A DNA stretch of 64,000 nt from an uncultured Alphaproteobacteria bacterium (GCA_902574225.1 CACGMO010000005.1:4736-68735), one strand, 5' to 3'. Counted from the stretch's first letter, positions 38,264 to 47,975 are shown. Notes: generated by a model from the letters alone, not told the origin. A program made the numbers and translations.

Positions 38264-39087
38264 GTATGTATGTAAATAAAGCAGTATTTCCAGTAGCAGG
38301 TTTCGGCACACGTTTCTTGCCCGCAACCAAGGCTATGCCAAAGGAACTTTTACCAATTGTTGATAAGCCTCTTATCCAATATGCAGCGGAAGAAGCAATA
38401 AAAGCTGGTATTGATACACTGATTTTTGTGACGGGCCGTAATAAGCGCGCCATAGAAGATCATTTTGATACAAACAAAGAGCTTGAAGCTGCTCTGAGAT
38501 CGAGTGGGAAAATAGCTCAGGCAGAAATGATCCAAAATATCTTACCCAAGGGTGTTGAATGCATTTTTGTACGACAACCTGAGCAATTAGGTCTTGGGCA
38601 TGCAGTTCTATGTGCGGAGCGCGTAGTAGGGGATGATCCATTTGCCGTGATACTAGCTGATGACTTTTTAACCGATTATGCTCCAGGAGTGACCGCTGAT
38701 CTTTCTCATGCATTTTCACAGAATAGAAAGTGCCAACTTTCTGTTATGAGGGTTGAAGGGACAGATATATCAAAATATGGCGTGGTGGTGCCTTCAAAAT
38801 CCAAATCTGGTATCATTGGCCTTATAGAAAAACCAACTCCAGAGGATGCACCCTCGAACCTTGCATCCATCGGGCGATACATTTTAACCTCAGAAATATT
38901 TTCAATATTGAAAAAATTACCAAAGGGATCAGGTGGAGAAATTCAACTCGCTGATGCAATTAATATTCATGCAAGAAATGGTTTGGTTGATATGGTAATG
39001 CTAAAAGGGAAACGGTTTGATTGTGGCTCAGTTGACGGTTTCATGGATGCTTCTAAACATGAATACGCAAAGAGGGCTGTAAGCTAA
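38260..39087 (+). CDS. galU: UTP--glucose-1-phosphate uridylyltransferase
   Basis: KAVFPVAGFGTRFLPATKAMPKELLPIVDKPLIQY, VEKP-like IEKP, GRYIL. 275 aa. Confidence 0.94.
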   Translation: MSMYVNKAVFPVAGFGTRFLPATKAMPKELLPIVDKPLIQYAAEEAIKAGIDTLIFVTGRNKRAIEDHFDTNKELEAALRSSGKIAQAEMIQNILPKGVECIFVRQPEQLGLGHAVLCAERVVGDDPFAVILADDFLTDYAPGVTADLSHAFSQNRKCQLSVMRVEGTDISKYGVVVPSKSKSGIIGLIEKPTPEDAPSNLASIGRYILTSEIFSILKKLPKGSGGEIQLADAINIHARNGLVDMVMLKGKRFDCGSVDGFMDASKHEYAKRAVS

Positions 39088-40520
39088 TGAAATCAATATA
39101 CCCCGTTATACTAGCAGGAGGCTCTGGCACCCGTCTTTGGCCATTATCACGTAAGTCCTACCCAAAACAGTTTTCTAATTTCGTAGGCGACCTATCCCTG
39201 TTTCAGCAGTCAGCGTTACGATTGACGAGTTTTGATACGATCAAGTTCGCACCTCATATTGTCCTCACGAATGATGACTACCGATTTACAGTGAGTGATC
39301 AATTAAAAGCATTAAATTTAAATGCTGAAAACATTTTAATTGAACCTTATGCAAAAAATACAGCTCCAGCGATCGCAGTTGCTAGCTTATGCGCCTATTC
39401 ACAAGATAGAGATGCTATATTGTTGGTTGCGCCGTCTGATCATCTTATACCAGAAAATGAAGTTTTCCACTCAGCTATAAAAGTGGGTTTATCTCATACT
39501 TCAGAAGAAAAGCTGGTTACTTTTGGAATAACTCCAACACGACCAGAAACTGGTTTTGGTTATTTGAGGATATGTAAGTCGGGGGGTCCAAATAAAGGAG
39601 CATATGAGGTATTACAATTTATTGAAAAACCAAATCATACAACAGCTATGAAAATGATAAAAACTAAAAGCTTTCTTTGGAATTCAGGAATTTTTTTATT
39701 TAAAGCAGCTGATATGATAAACGCATTCAAAAAATATTCGCCGGACACTTTTCACTTAGCACAAGATGCGCTTAATACCTCGGAAAAAGATCTGGGATTT
39801 GTGCGACTGAATTCTAAACCATGGAAAAAAATTGGAGCGAAAAGTATTGACTATACAATAATGGAAAAAGCCAACAATTTAATGGCTGTTCCCTATACCT
39901 CCCAGTGGTCCGACTTAGGTGACTGGTCATCAGTGTGGAGAGATACAGAAAAAGATACTTTAGGAAATGTTGTTTCAAACAGCGCTCATGCTATAGATTG
40001 TTCTAATTCTCTTTTGAGAGCGGAGAGTAAAAGTCAACAGCTGGTTGGGTTGGGCCTAGACAATATAGTTGCAATAGCAATGCCTGATGCAGTTCTTATT
40101 GCCAACAAAGACAAAGCACAAGATGTAAAAAAAGTTGTCACGCATCTTGAGGAAGGTAATATTTTACAATCTAAAACTTTTCCAAAGGATTATAGACCGT
40201 GGGGATGGTTTGAAAGTCTTGCTATTGGAGATGTTTTTCAGGTCAAGCGTATTTTTGTAAAAGCAGGAGCTGCTCTAAGTCTCCAAAGTCACCAGCATCG
40301 GTCAGAGCACTGGGTCGTAGTTCAGGGTACAGCAGAGGTTACAATAGGTGATAAAGTAATGCAGTTAAAAGAGGGTCAATCAGTTTTTGTTCCTCTTGGA
40401 GCTAGGCATAGGCTAGCAAATAATGAGAAAATACCACTGCAAATTATCGAAGTTCAGATAGGTTCATATTTAGGAGAAGATGACATTATTCGATACGAGG
40501 ATCTATATTCAAGGATTTGA
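39087..40520 (+). CDS. manC: Mannose-1-phosphate guanylyltransferase / mannose-6-phosphate isomerase (bifunctional type II PMI)
   Basis: ILAGGSGTRLWPLSR N-domain and C-terminal cupin (RPWGWFES..., SLQSHQHRSEHWVVVQG). 477 aa. Confidence 0.93.
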   Translation: MKSIYPVILAGGSGTRLWPLSRKSYPKQFSNFVGDLSLFQQSALRLTSFDTIKFAPHIVLTNDDYRFTVSDQLKALNLNAENILIEPYAKNTAPAIAVASLCAYSQDRDAILLVAPSDHLIPENEVFHSAIKVGLSHTSEEKLVTFGITPTRPETGFGYLRICKSGGPNKGAYEVLQFIEKPNHTTAMKMIKTKSFLWNSGIFLFKAADMINAFKKYSPDTFHLAQDALNTSEKDLGFVRLNSKPWKKIGAKSIDYTIMEKANNLMAVPYTSQWSDLGDWSSVWRDTEKDTLGNVVSNSAHAIDCSNSLLRAESKSQQLVGLGLDNIVAIAMPDAVLIANKDKAQDVKKVVTHLEEGNILQSKTFPKDYRPWGWFESLAIGDVFQVKRIFVKAGAALSLQSHQHRSEHWVVVQGTAEVTIGDKVMQLKEGQSVFVPLGARHRLANNEKIPLQIIEVQIGSYLGEDDIIRYEDLYSRI

Positions 40521-40794
40521 CTCTAAGATGTTAGTTCCGATAAGTTTTTTATCTCTTTGATAAATACTTATATAAAAAATTATTATTGTGTTGAAATTAA
40601 CTTTTTAAATTAAGTGTTAAAAATAAAAATAGATAATTAATGGGCAAAATAAATTCAAAAAAATAAAAAAATTTATTTACTTGAGGTTTAAAATAATCAG
40701 CACTATTAATTTAAAAATTTCTATATTTGGAAAAATCGTAAAAAAAAAAAGTACGATCTATCTCTTAATGTTTGGTCGAAAACAAAAGTGCTGA
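40521..40794. other. Extremely AT-rich 274-bp non-coding spacer (junction between the conserved sugar-nucleotide module and the variable block; likely internal promoter region)
   Basis: No ORF, long A/T runs (aaaaataaaaatagataattaat..., aaaaaaaaaaagtacg). It is the largest gap in an otherwise overlapping or abutting gene string. Confidence 0.6.
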
Positions 40795-41673
40795 ATGGAC
40801 ATTGACAAAAAAGTTAATATTTTAGTTATTGGTGGCGCGGGCTTCGTAGGAAGCCATTTGTGTGAATCATTAATATCAAATAAAATATACAACGTGATAT
40901 CTATCGATAATTATTCTAGTGGAACGGTTGATAATCATACATCTGGCGTCACATATATTGAAGGAGATACCAGAACTTTAGATGAAGTTAACTTACCAAA
41001 ATTTGATTATGTTTATCATTTAGGGGAATATTCTAGAGTTGAAAATAGTCTAGAGCAAGTTGACCAAGTTATTGACAATAATATCGTAGGTTTAACCAAG
41101 GTTTTAAAGTTTTGTTATTTTTCGAATGCTAAATTAATTTATGCAGGTAGTAGTACTAAATTCGGTGATGATGGAAAAACAATTAACGAAACCCCTTATG
41201 CTCTCACCAAATGGATTAATACCGAATTGATTTATAATTACTGTACTTGGATGGATCTAGAGTTTTGTATCTCATATTTTTATAATGTATACGGTCCCCG
41301 TGAAAATGAGGACGGTAAATTTGCCACGGTATTGGGAATATTCAAACGCAGATATATTTTGGGACAGCCTATGCCAGTCGTTAGACCTGGCACTCAAAGA
41401 CGGAATTTTACACATGTTAATGATATTGTTTCCGGATTAATTCTTCTGTTAAAAGCTCCATCAGGAGATGGATATGGAATTGGAGCTGAGGAAGATTTTA
41501 GTATCATCGACATTGCAAAACTATTTTCAGAAAATATAGAATTACTACCCGCAAGAAAAGGCAATAGACTTGGTTCTTCTTTGGTGAATTCCAAAATTAA
41601 AGAGCTTGGTTGGAAGCAAAAACATCAATTGCGTGATTACATACATGATATAAAGCATAATTTGGAAAAATGA
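40795..41673 (+). CDS. NAD-dependent epimerase/dehydratase family protein (extended SDR)
   Basis: ILVIGGAGFVGSHL Rossmann motif, YALTK catalytic YxxxK. 292 aa. Substrate not assignable by eye. Confidence 0.75.
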   Translation: MDIDKKVNILVIGGAGFVGSHLCESLISNKIYNVISIDNYSSGTVDNHTSGVTYIEGDTRTLDEVNLPKFDYVYHLGEYSRVENSLEQVDQVIDNNIVGLTKVLKFCYFSNAKLIYAGSSTKFGDDGKTINETPYALTKWINTELIYNYCTWMDLEFCISYFYNVYGPRENEDGKFATVLGIFKRRYILGQPMPVVRPGTQRRNFTHVNDIVSGLILLLKAPSGDGYGIGAEEDFSIIDIAKLFSENIELLPARKGNRLGSSLVNSKIKELGWKQKHQLRDYIHDIKHNLEK

Positions 41674-42395
41674 TTGTACTAGTTTTAGCAGGAGGATTGG
41701 GGAAGCGTTTGAGGTCTGTTATTCAGGATGTACCAAAGCCCATGGCTCCAGTGGGCAAATATCCATTTCTTTATTTTGTATTATCTGAATTAGTATCGAG
41801 TCCCATAATTACAAAAATAGTAATTAGCGTTGGATATAAGTCAGAAAAAGTATCTAGCTACTTTGGCAGTCAGTTCAAAGGTATCCCTATAAAGTATTGT
41901 AAGGAAGTTAGCCCACTAGGCACTGGAGGTGCTATTAAAAATTTTGTGACTAACATGAAAATCAAAAGTCCCTTTTTTGTAAAAAACGGTGACACATTTT
42001 TTAAGTCTAATTATACCGATTTAAAGGTAGCGCAGGATTTGTTTAAGCCCAAAATAATCTTGGAAGCATGTAAAGTAGAAAAGTTAGATAGATATGGATC
42101 ATTAGAATTAGAGACTATTGATAGAAAAAGAAGATTAGCTCTGATATTAAAATTCAAAGAGAAAGATCAAAGCGCTAAAAATGGATATATAAATTCTGGT
42201 TGTTACCTCATGGACCCCCACATTTTTGATAAATATCCAAAAAGAAAATTTTCCCTCGAAGAGGATATACTTACCCCGTTTTCAATAGAGAGAGATATTT
42301 ATGCTATCAAGTCTAAAGAAAAAGAGTTTATAGATATTGGAATACCATCGGACTTTTACGCAGCGCAAAAATTACTACCAAAGTGGAGTCTTTAA
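41670..42395 (+). CDS. hddC: D-glycero-alpha-D-manno-heptose 1-phosphate guanylyltransferase-like nucleotidyltransferase
   Basis: MIVLVLAGGLGKRLRSVIQDVPKPMAPV...VISVGYKSEKVSSYFG matches the HddC pattern. Clustered with hddA/gmhA/gmhB homologs. Confidence 0.7.
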   Translation: MIVLVLAGGLGKRLRSVIQDVPKPMAPVGKYPFLYFVLSELVSSPIITKIVISVGYKSEKVSSYFGSQFKGIPIKYCKEVSPLGTGGAIKNFVTNMKIKSPFFVKNGDTFFKSNYTDLKVAQDLFKPKIILEACKVEKLDRYGSLELETIDRKRRLALILKFKEKDQSAKNGYINSGCYLMDPHIFDKYPKRKFSLEEDILTPFSIERDIYAIKSKEKEFIDIGIPSDFYAAQKLLPKWSL

Positions 42396-42396
42396 C

Positions 42397-43332
42397 ATGA
42401 AAAACATCTTGATTACTGGCGGGGCTGGTTACATTGGATCAGTGTTAACGGAAACTTTATTAAACAAAGGCTATAAGGTAACGGTTGTTGATCTCTTTGA
42501 CCAACTCGAAAGTTCGTTATCATATGCAGCGCAATACAAAAACTTTAGTGCAAAGAGACTAGATGTCCTTGATGCCAAGAAACTGAGAGAATTCTGCACG
42601 CCTTTTGACGTTATCATTCCTTTAGCCGCTCTCGTAGGCGCTCCTTTATGTGAAAGACACGAAGTTTTAGCAGAATTGATAAATTATAAAAGTATTGCAA
42701 ATATATTAGAAACAAAAAAAAGCGATCAATTAATTATTTACCCAAATACAAATAGTGGATACGGAAAAATGACTGATAATGAGGACTTTTGCACCGAAGA
42801 GAGTCCCCTTAACCCTATTTCAGTTTATGGTGAAACAAAGGTCCGAGCTGAAAAAGACATTATCAATAGCGGAGGAATTGCATTTCGTCTAGCTACAGTT
42901 TTTGGGAGTAGTTATAGGATGCGTACCGACTTGATGGTTAATGAGTTTGTGTATAAGGCAGTTAAAGAGAAGTGTGTCGTCTTGTTTGAGAGTCACTTCA
43001 GAAGAAACTTTATTCATGTAAGAGATGTTTGCAAAGCATTTATACATGCTATTGAAAACTCTTCTTCCATGAGTGGGGAAGTATACAACTTGGGTCTTTC
43101 GAGTGCCAATTATACAAAGAAACAACTTTGTTTAAAAATTAAAGAGCAAGTAAAAAGCTTCGTTATTATTGAAAATGACATTAGTCTGGATCCTGACAAG
43201 CGCGATTATCTGGTTAGCAATGAGAAATTAGAAGCAACAGGTTGGTCACCTGATCACAGCATAGAAAGTGGTATAGCAGAACTTATAAAATATTATGAAA
43301 CATTTGCACCAATTAAAACCGCAAACGTCTAA
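42397..43332 (+). CDS. NAD-dependent epimerase/dehydratase family protein (SDR) inside the heptose gene set
   Basis: ILITGGAGYIGSVL, YGETK (YxxxK). The ATG at 42397 lies right after the hddC stop. The track ORF begins at 42337. Confidence 0.75.
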   Translation: MKNILITGGAGYIGSVLTETLLNKGYKVTVVDLFDQLESSLSYAAQYKNFSAKRLDVLDAKKLREFCTPFDVIIPLAALVGAPLCERHEVLAELINYKSIANILETKKSDQLIIYPNTNSGYGKMTDNEDFCTEESPLNPISVYGETKVRAEKDIINSGGIAFRLATVFGSSYRMRTDLMVNEFVYKAVKEKCVVLFESHFRRNFIHVRDVCKAFIHAIENSSSMSGEVYNLGLSSANYTKKQLCLKIKEQVKSFVIIENDISLDPDKRDYLVSNEKLEATGWSPDHSIESGIAELIKYYETFAPIKTANV

Positions 43333-44325
43333 ATGAGTGGTGCTATGATTTTGTCTTCAGCCCCACTAAGAATTAGCTTTTTTGGTGGTGGAACAGACTA
43401 TCCCAGTTACTATAAGAAGTACGGTGGTAAGGTTATTTCAACTGCTATAGATAAATATGTGCACGTAATCCTAAAGAATAAAGCCCCTTTTAACGAAGAG
43501 AAATTCATTTTGTGCTATTCGTCCATTGAAAAGTGCAATTCAATAGATGAGATCAAACACCCTGGAATTCGAGCAACCCTTAGTTATCTCAAATTTCAAA
43601 AACCTTTAGAGATGCACATTATAGGCGATATTCCAGCAAAAACTGGATTGGGCTCATCATCTTGCTTTACGGTAGCTCTTCTGAAAGCTCTTTATACATA
43701 TATGGGTGAAAAAAGGAGCCAACGTGAGATTGCATTTGATGCGATGCGGATAGAACAAAGCTTAATGAATGATAATGTTGGCAGTCAAGATCAATATGCG
43801 TCGGCAATCGGTGATCTAAACGAAATCATTTTTGCTACTACTGGCGAAATTACCCACACTGCTCTGAATTTACCCTTGGAAATTGAAAGTGAGTTTTTTT
43901 CCTCTTTATATTTGTGCTTTACGGGCGTCAAACGATTAGCGTCAAATGTTGCTTTAGAACAAATCAATAAAATTGAGAATGGCTCCATAGATCAACAGAC
44001 ACATGAGCTTTCACAAATAGCAAAAGCTGCTCTGGTTGCCTTAAAAAACCATAATCTTCACGAGTTTGCTCACCTTTTAAATGAAACATGGAAAGTAAAA
44101 CGACTGTTAACTAATAAAATCTCAAATAAAGAAATTGATGAAATATACGAGCATGGGATCAACTGTGGTGCAACTGGAGGAAAATTATTAGGCGCAGGCG
44201 GTGGAGGCTTCTTTTTGTTTTTCGTTCCAATCTCAAAAAAACTAGAATTTGAGACAAGTTACCGCGCAGGAACCTTTCTTCAAGTAAATAAATGCAAAAA
44301 AGGTGTAGTGGCCAAATTAATATAG
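43333..44325 (+). CDS. hddA: D-glycero-alpha-D-manno-heptose 7-phosphate kinase-like GHMP kinase
   Basis: SAPLRISFFGGGTDYPSYY, GHMP motif PAKTGLGSSSCFTVAL, GAGGGGFFLFF. 330 aa. Confidence 0.75.
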   Translation: MSGAMILSSAPLRISFFGGGTDYPSYYKKYGGKVISTAIDKYVHVILKNKAPFNEEKFILCYSSIEKCNSIDEIKHPGIRATLSYLKFQKPLEMHIIGDIPAKTGLGSSSCFTVALLKALYTYMGEKRSQREIAFDAMRIEQSLMNDNVGSQDQYASAIGDLNEIIFATTGEITHTALNLPLEIESEFFSSLYLCFTGVKRLASNVALEQINKIENGSIDQQTHELSQIAKAALVALKNHNLHEFAHLLNETWKVKRLLTNKISNKEIDEIYEHGINCGATGGKLLGAGGGGFFLFFVPISKKLEFETSYRAGTFLQVNKCKKGVVAKLI

Positions 44326-44361
44326 TTATTTTAGAATTATGATGAAAGTTAACTTTTAGAA

Positions 44362-45354
44362 ATGAAAATTCTACTTCTCAATAGAGGTTTTAATGATTAC
44401 TTAGCTGATGGAGTATTTCATGGGTTCCGAACAATGTTTGGAAGTGATGTTATTGATTATCCAAGATGTGACTGGATGTATGAAGATTTTTCCGAAGTTG
44501 ATAAATTACATGGTAAAGGATTTTCATTATACAGAACGTTGAAATCCATAAAAATTGATAGATACAATATTTATGAAAAGGTAAGAAATAGCTACTTTGA
44601 CCTAATAGTTTTTGGAAGTATTCATGATACATTTGGAACATACTTTCAGTTGTTTCCCTATCTAAAAAAAAATAGTGTCATTTTTTTAGATGGTAACGAC
44701 CACCCTGCACCATTCCCCTTCCACGGTTATTTTTGGAGAACCTTCAGAAATCTTTGTGTACCAAAAGTAAGTAACAACTTTTTATATTTTAAACGAGAAT
44801 GGACACCGGAAACAACTTTTTACAGATATTACAAGGTTATGCCAAAGTCTATCTTAAATTATCTGCCGAACCTAGCAAACTATAGAAAAATAAATTTCGG
44901 CTTTCCATCTGAAAAAATTATAAAGGTTCTACCTAAGAAATCGAAATTATTCAATACGCATATCGTAGACCCTGAAGTTAAGCAAAATATAAAGGGAGCA
45001 AGCCTTGACTATGCATTTGCTGCAGAAAAAGATTATTACAATGATCTTAAGGCTTCAAAATTTGGTATAACGACTAAGAAAGGAGGTTGGGATTGCATGC
45101 GCCACTATGAAATTGCAGCTAATGGAACAGTTCCATGTTTCAGAGATTTGGATAAAAAACCAGATAGCTGTGCTCCACATGGGTTCGATAGTACAAATTC
45201 GATCACCTACAGCTCTTACCACGATCTTTTAGGAAAAATATCTTCTATATCAGATGAAGAGTATGCTTCATTACAATCCGGAGCACTAAAATGGATTAAA
45301 GGTCAAACCACGGTGAACATAGCAAAAAAAATATTAAAGGAGCAAGGCATTTAG
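44362..45354 (+). CDS. Hypothetical protein, possible GT-B/exostosin-like glycosyltransferase
   Basis: No family recognised with certainty. The C-terminal SKFGITTKKGGWDCMRHYEIAANGTVPCF resembles the exostosin/GT-B motif S.F.L.P.G....R..EA...G.IP. Confidence 0.35.
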   Translation: MKILLLNRGFNDYLADGVFHGFRTMFGSDVIDYPRCDWMYEDFSEVDKLHGKGFSLYRTLKSIKIDRYNIYEKVRNSYFDLIVFGSIHDTFGTYFQLFPYLKKNSVIFLDGNDHPAPFPFHGYFWRTFRNLCVPKVSNNFLYFKREWTPETTFYRYYKVMPKSILNYLPNLANYRKINFGFPSEKIIKVLPKKSKLFNTHIVDPEVKQNIKGASLDYAFAAEKDYYNDLKASKFGITTKKGGWDCMRHYEIAANGTVPCFRDLDKKPDSCAPHGFDSTNSITYSSYHDLLGKISSISDEEYASLQSGALKWIKGQTTVNIAKKILKEQGI

Positions 45355-45426
45355 CTTTTAAATCTGTAAATTTTTTTGAACTTAAAACGAAGAAAAATTT
45401 TATTTTTCGAAAGTTGAAATTATTAT

Positions 45427-46005
45427 ATGATTATCAAATTGAATGATACTATTCCTTTGAAGGGGAAAAAATTTATCTTCCTTGACAGAGACGGCACTAT
45501 AAATGTCGAAAGAAACTATTTGTATGAAATTTCAAAATTCGAATTCGAGTATAAAGCTGTGGAGGGTCTGATATCTCTTGCAAGCCAAGATTTCAATTTA
45601 ATTATTATAACCAATCAATCTGGTATCGGACGCGGGTATTACACAATCAAAGACTTCACCATGTTACAATCGTACATTATCAGAAAGTGTTCTAGTTATG
45701 GGGTTGAATTTCTGGGTTATGTTGCATGTCCGCACTATAAGGAGAATTGTGAATGTAGAAAGCCAAAAGACGGCATGTTGCGTGCTATTCAGGAACGCTT
45801 TGAAATTGATAAAGAGTATTCTTGGATCGTTGGCGATAAAGTCTCAGATACAGAAACAGGACGATCACTAGGGTACCAGTCCTGCTTATTAGGTACCGGC
45901 CATGGTAAAAATAATTTTGAACATAAATCTGATAATACATACTTTGTTAAAAATTTGAGTGAATTTGCTAATTTGGTTAGGAAAACAAATGAAAGACTTT
46001 ATTAA
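45427..46005 (+). CDS. gmhB: D,D-heptose 1,7-bisphosphate phosphatase
   Basis: HAD motif FLDRDGTIN, TNQSGIGRGY, Zn-finger insert CPHYKENCECRKP, GDKVSD. 192 aa. Confidence 0.88.
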   Translation: MIIKLNDTIPLKGKKFIFLDRDGTINVERNYLYEISKFEFEYKAVEGLISLASQDFNLIIITNQSGIGRGYYTIKDFTMLQSYIIRKCSSYGVEFLGYVACPHYKENCECRKPKDGMLRAIQERFEIDKEYSWIVGDKVSDTETGRSLGYQSCLLGTGHGKNNFEHKSDNTYFVKNLSEFANLVRKTNERLY

Positions 46006-46561
46006 CAAAATAAACGCACACCATGATGCTCTTTCAAGGCTTAAAGATGATCTCGAGCTTCAGGAAACTCTCCATGATTTGATAGATAAAATAGTACTAG
46101 CTTTAAGTAAAGATAATAAATTAATGATTTGCGGTAATGGAGGCTCGGCTGCTGATGCGCAACATATGGCGGCAGAGTTTATTGGAAGATTTGCATTCGA
46201 TAGTCGTCCTCTACCAGCTCTTACTCTGACAAGCGATACTTCTACTATTACCTGTATAGCCAATGATTATAAATTTGAAGATATCTTTAAACGCCAGATC
46301 GAGGGATTAGGAAGAGAAGGCGACATAATTCTAGGTATTTCAACTAGCGGTGCCTCTGAAAACATTCTACGTGCTCTTGAAAAGGCAAGAGATATGAATA
46401 TCACAACAGCTATTTTGACAAGCACTAAGGCAAATTTAGAGAAATTAATTTGCAACTATGCAATTAAAGTCGAAGCTTCAAATACTGCAACAATACAAGA
46501 AATGCATCTAATTATCGAACACTATATATGCGAACAGGTTGAACTTAGGCTCTGTGGATAA
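45989..46561 (+). CDS. gmhA: Phosphoheptose (sedoheptulose-7-phosphate) isomerase
   Basis: SIS domain with GNGGSAADAQHMAAEF, GISTSGASENI. The ATG at 45989 overlaps the gmhB end. The track ORF begins at 45959. Confidence 0.9.
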   Translation: MKDFINKINAHHDALSRLKDDLELQETLHDLIDKIVLALSKDNKLMICGNGGSAADAQHMAAEFIGRFAFDSRPLPALTLTSDTSTITCIANDYKFEDIFKRQIEGLGREGDIILGISTSGASENILRALEKARDMNITTAILTSTKANLEKLICNYAIKVEASNTATIQEMHLIIEHYICEQVELRLCG

Positions 46562-47975
46562 AATAATTAAAAGCAACTCAAAACGCATTTTGGTAATTGG
46601 AGATGTGATGTTAGATCATAACGTCATTGGAGATGTAACTCGGATAAGCCCCGAAGCTCCTGTTCCAATTTTCAATAGCTTTAAGGAGACTTTTAAACTT
46701 GGCGGAGCAGCTAATGTTGCCGCAGGAATTAAAAAATTAGGGTGTGATACTGATATATATTTTGACGCCGCGAAAGATGATGGAACTCCGGAGTTAACAA
46801 AATCTCTGAAAAAGTTGGGGATAGGTTTCAAACTGATCCAAAGTAAACAAATAACCACAATTAAACGTCGATTTTTTGTTGGTTCACAACAGGTTTTTAG
46901 ATCAGATAATGAAATCTATAGTCCGGTTCAGTCTTCAACCATTTTAAATAATATTAAAAAAGACTATAGAAATAATTTGCCCGAGTTATGTGTTTTATCT
47001 GATTACTCAAAAGGAGTCCTTTCTGACAGTGAGAACATTATTGCTGGTTTACGGCAACTTGGGGTTAAATCAATAGTGGATCCCAAAAGCTCAAAAATTC
47101 AAAAATACAAAGGCGCATGGATTTTGAAACCAAACTGGAAAGAATTCAATGCGTTTTTTAAACAAGATATTGAGATAAATAATTTACCTCATTTTGGAAA
47201 AAAAATGTGCGAAGATAATGATATTGAAAATCTGATAATCACTTTGGGTTCAAAAGGCATTTTTTATATTAATAAATCGGGTTCTACTTTTCATATAGAG
47301 ACAAAAGCCAAGGAGGTTTTTGATGTTACAGGAGCAGGAGATACTGTAATTGCCACTGTAGCTTATTTTATCAATCAGGGAATAAGCATACCTCAATCAA
47401 TTGAATTGGCAAATTATGCTGCCTCCTTCACAGTGGCAAATATAGGCACTTATAATGTAACTTTAGAAGAAATAAGATTAAAGGCTGAAAAAGGGAGTAT
47501 AAGAGAAAAGACTTTTTCAAAAATTACTGATCTTATTGAGTCAATTAGGGCAAAAGGAAGAAAGATAGTGTTTACAAATGGCTGTTTTGATATATTACAT
47601 CCTGGCCACATTGACATTTTAAATTTTTGTAAAAAACAAGGAGATTTTGTAGTAGTTGGTCTTAATTCAGATAAGTCTGTTAAAGAAATTAAAGGTCAGA
47701 ACAGGCCGATAAATAGTTTTCAGATTAGAAAAAAGCTTTTACAGAACTTAAGGGCTGTTGATCTTGTTGTTGAATTTGACAGTAAGACTCCTCTTGAATT
47801 AATTAAAAATATTAAGCCCGATATTTTAATTAAGGGAGGCGATTATAAAGTTGATGAAGTGGTGGGAGCAGATTTTGTAAATAGTTACGGAGGCGAAATT
47901 ATTATATTTGAATTTGTCAATAATACCTCGACCACTAAAGAGCTGGCAAAAATCAGGAAACTTGGAGATGATTAA
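46539..47975 (+). CDS. hldE: Bifunctional D-beta-D-heptose 7-phosphate kinase / D-beta-D-heptose 1-phosphate adenylyltransferase
   Basis: Ribokinase-like N-domain (ILVIGDVMLD, TGAGDTV) fused to a cytidylyltransferase-like C-domain (FTNGCFDILHPGHIDIL). 478 aa. TTG at 46539 or GTG at 46554 is the start. Confidence 0.88.
   Translation: MNLGSVDKIIKSNSKRILVIGDVMLDHNVIGDVTRISPEAPVPIFNSFKETFKLGGAANVAAGIKKLGCDTDIYFDAAKDDGTPELTKSLKKLGIGFKLIQSKQITTIKRRFFVGSQQVFRSDNEIYSPVQSSTILNNIKKDYRNNLPELCVLSDYSKGVLSDSENIIAGLRQLGVKSIVDPKSSKIQKYKGAWILKPNWKEFNAFFKQDIEINNLPHFGKKMCEDNDIENLIITLGSKGIFYINKSGSTFHIETKAKEVFDVTGAGDTVIATVAYFINQGISIPQSIELANYAASFTVANIGTYNVTLEEIRLKAEKGSIREKTFSKITDLIESIRAKGRKIVFTNGCFDILHPGHIDILNFCKKQGDFVVVGLNSDKSVKEIKGQNRPINSFQIRKKLLQNLRAVDLVVEFDSKTPLELIKNIKPDILIKGGDYKVDEVVGADFVNSYGGEIIIFEFVNNTSTTKELAKIRKLGDD

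Noticed and set aside
47908-47967. The upstream extension of the 97-aa ORF (MNLSIIPRPLKSWQKSGNLE...).
   Set aside because: It lies entirely inside the hldE coding region in another frame. The ATG at 47968, overlapping the hldE stop, is the only plausible start if the ORF is real at all.
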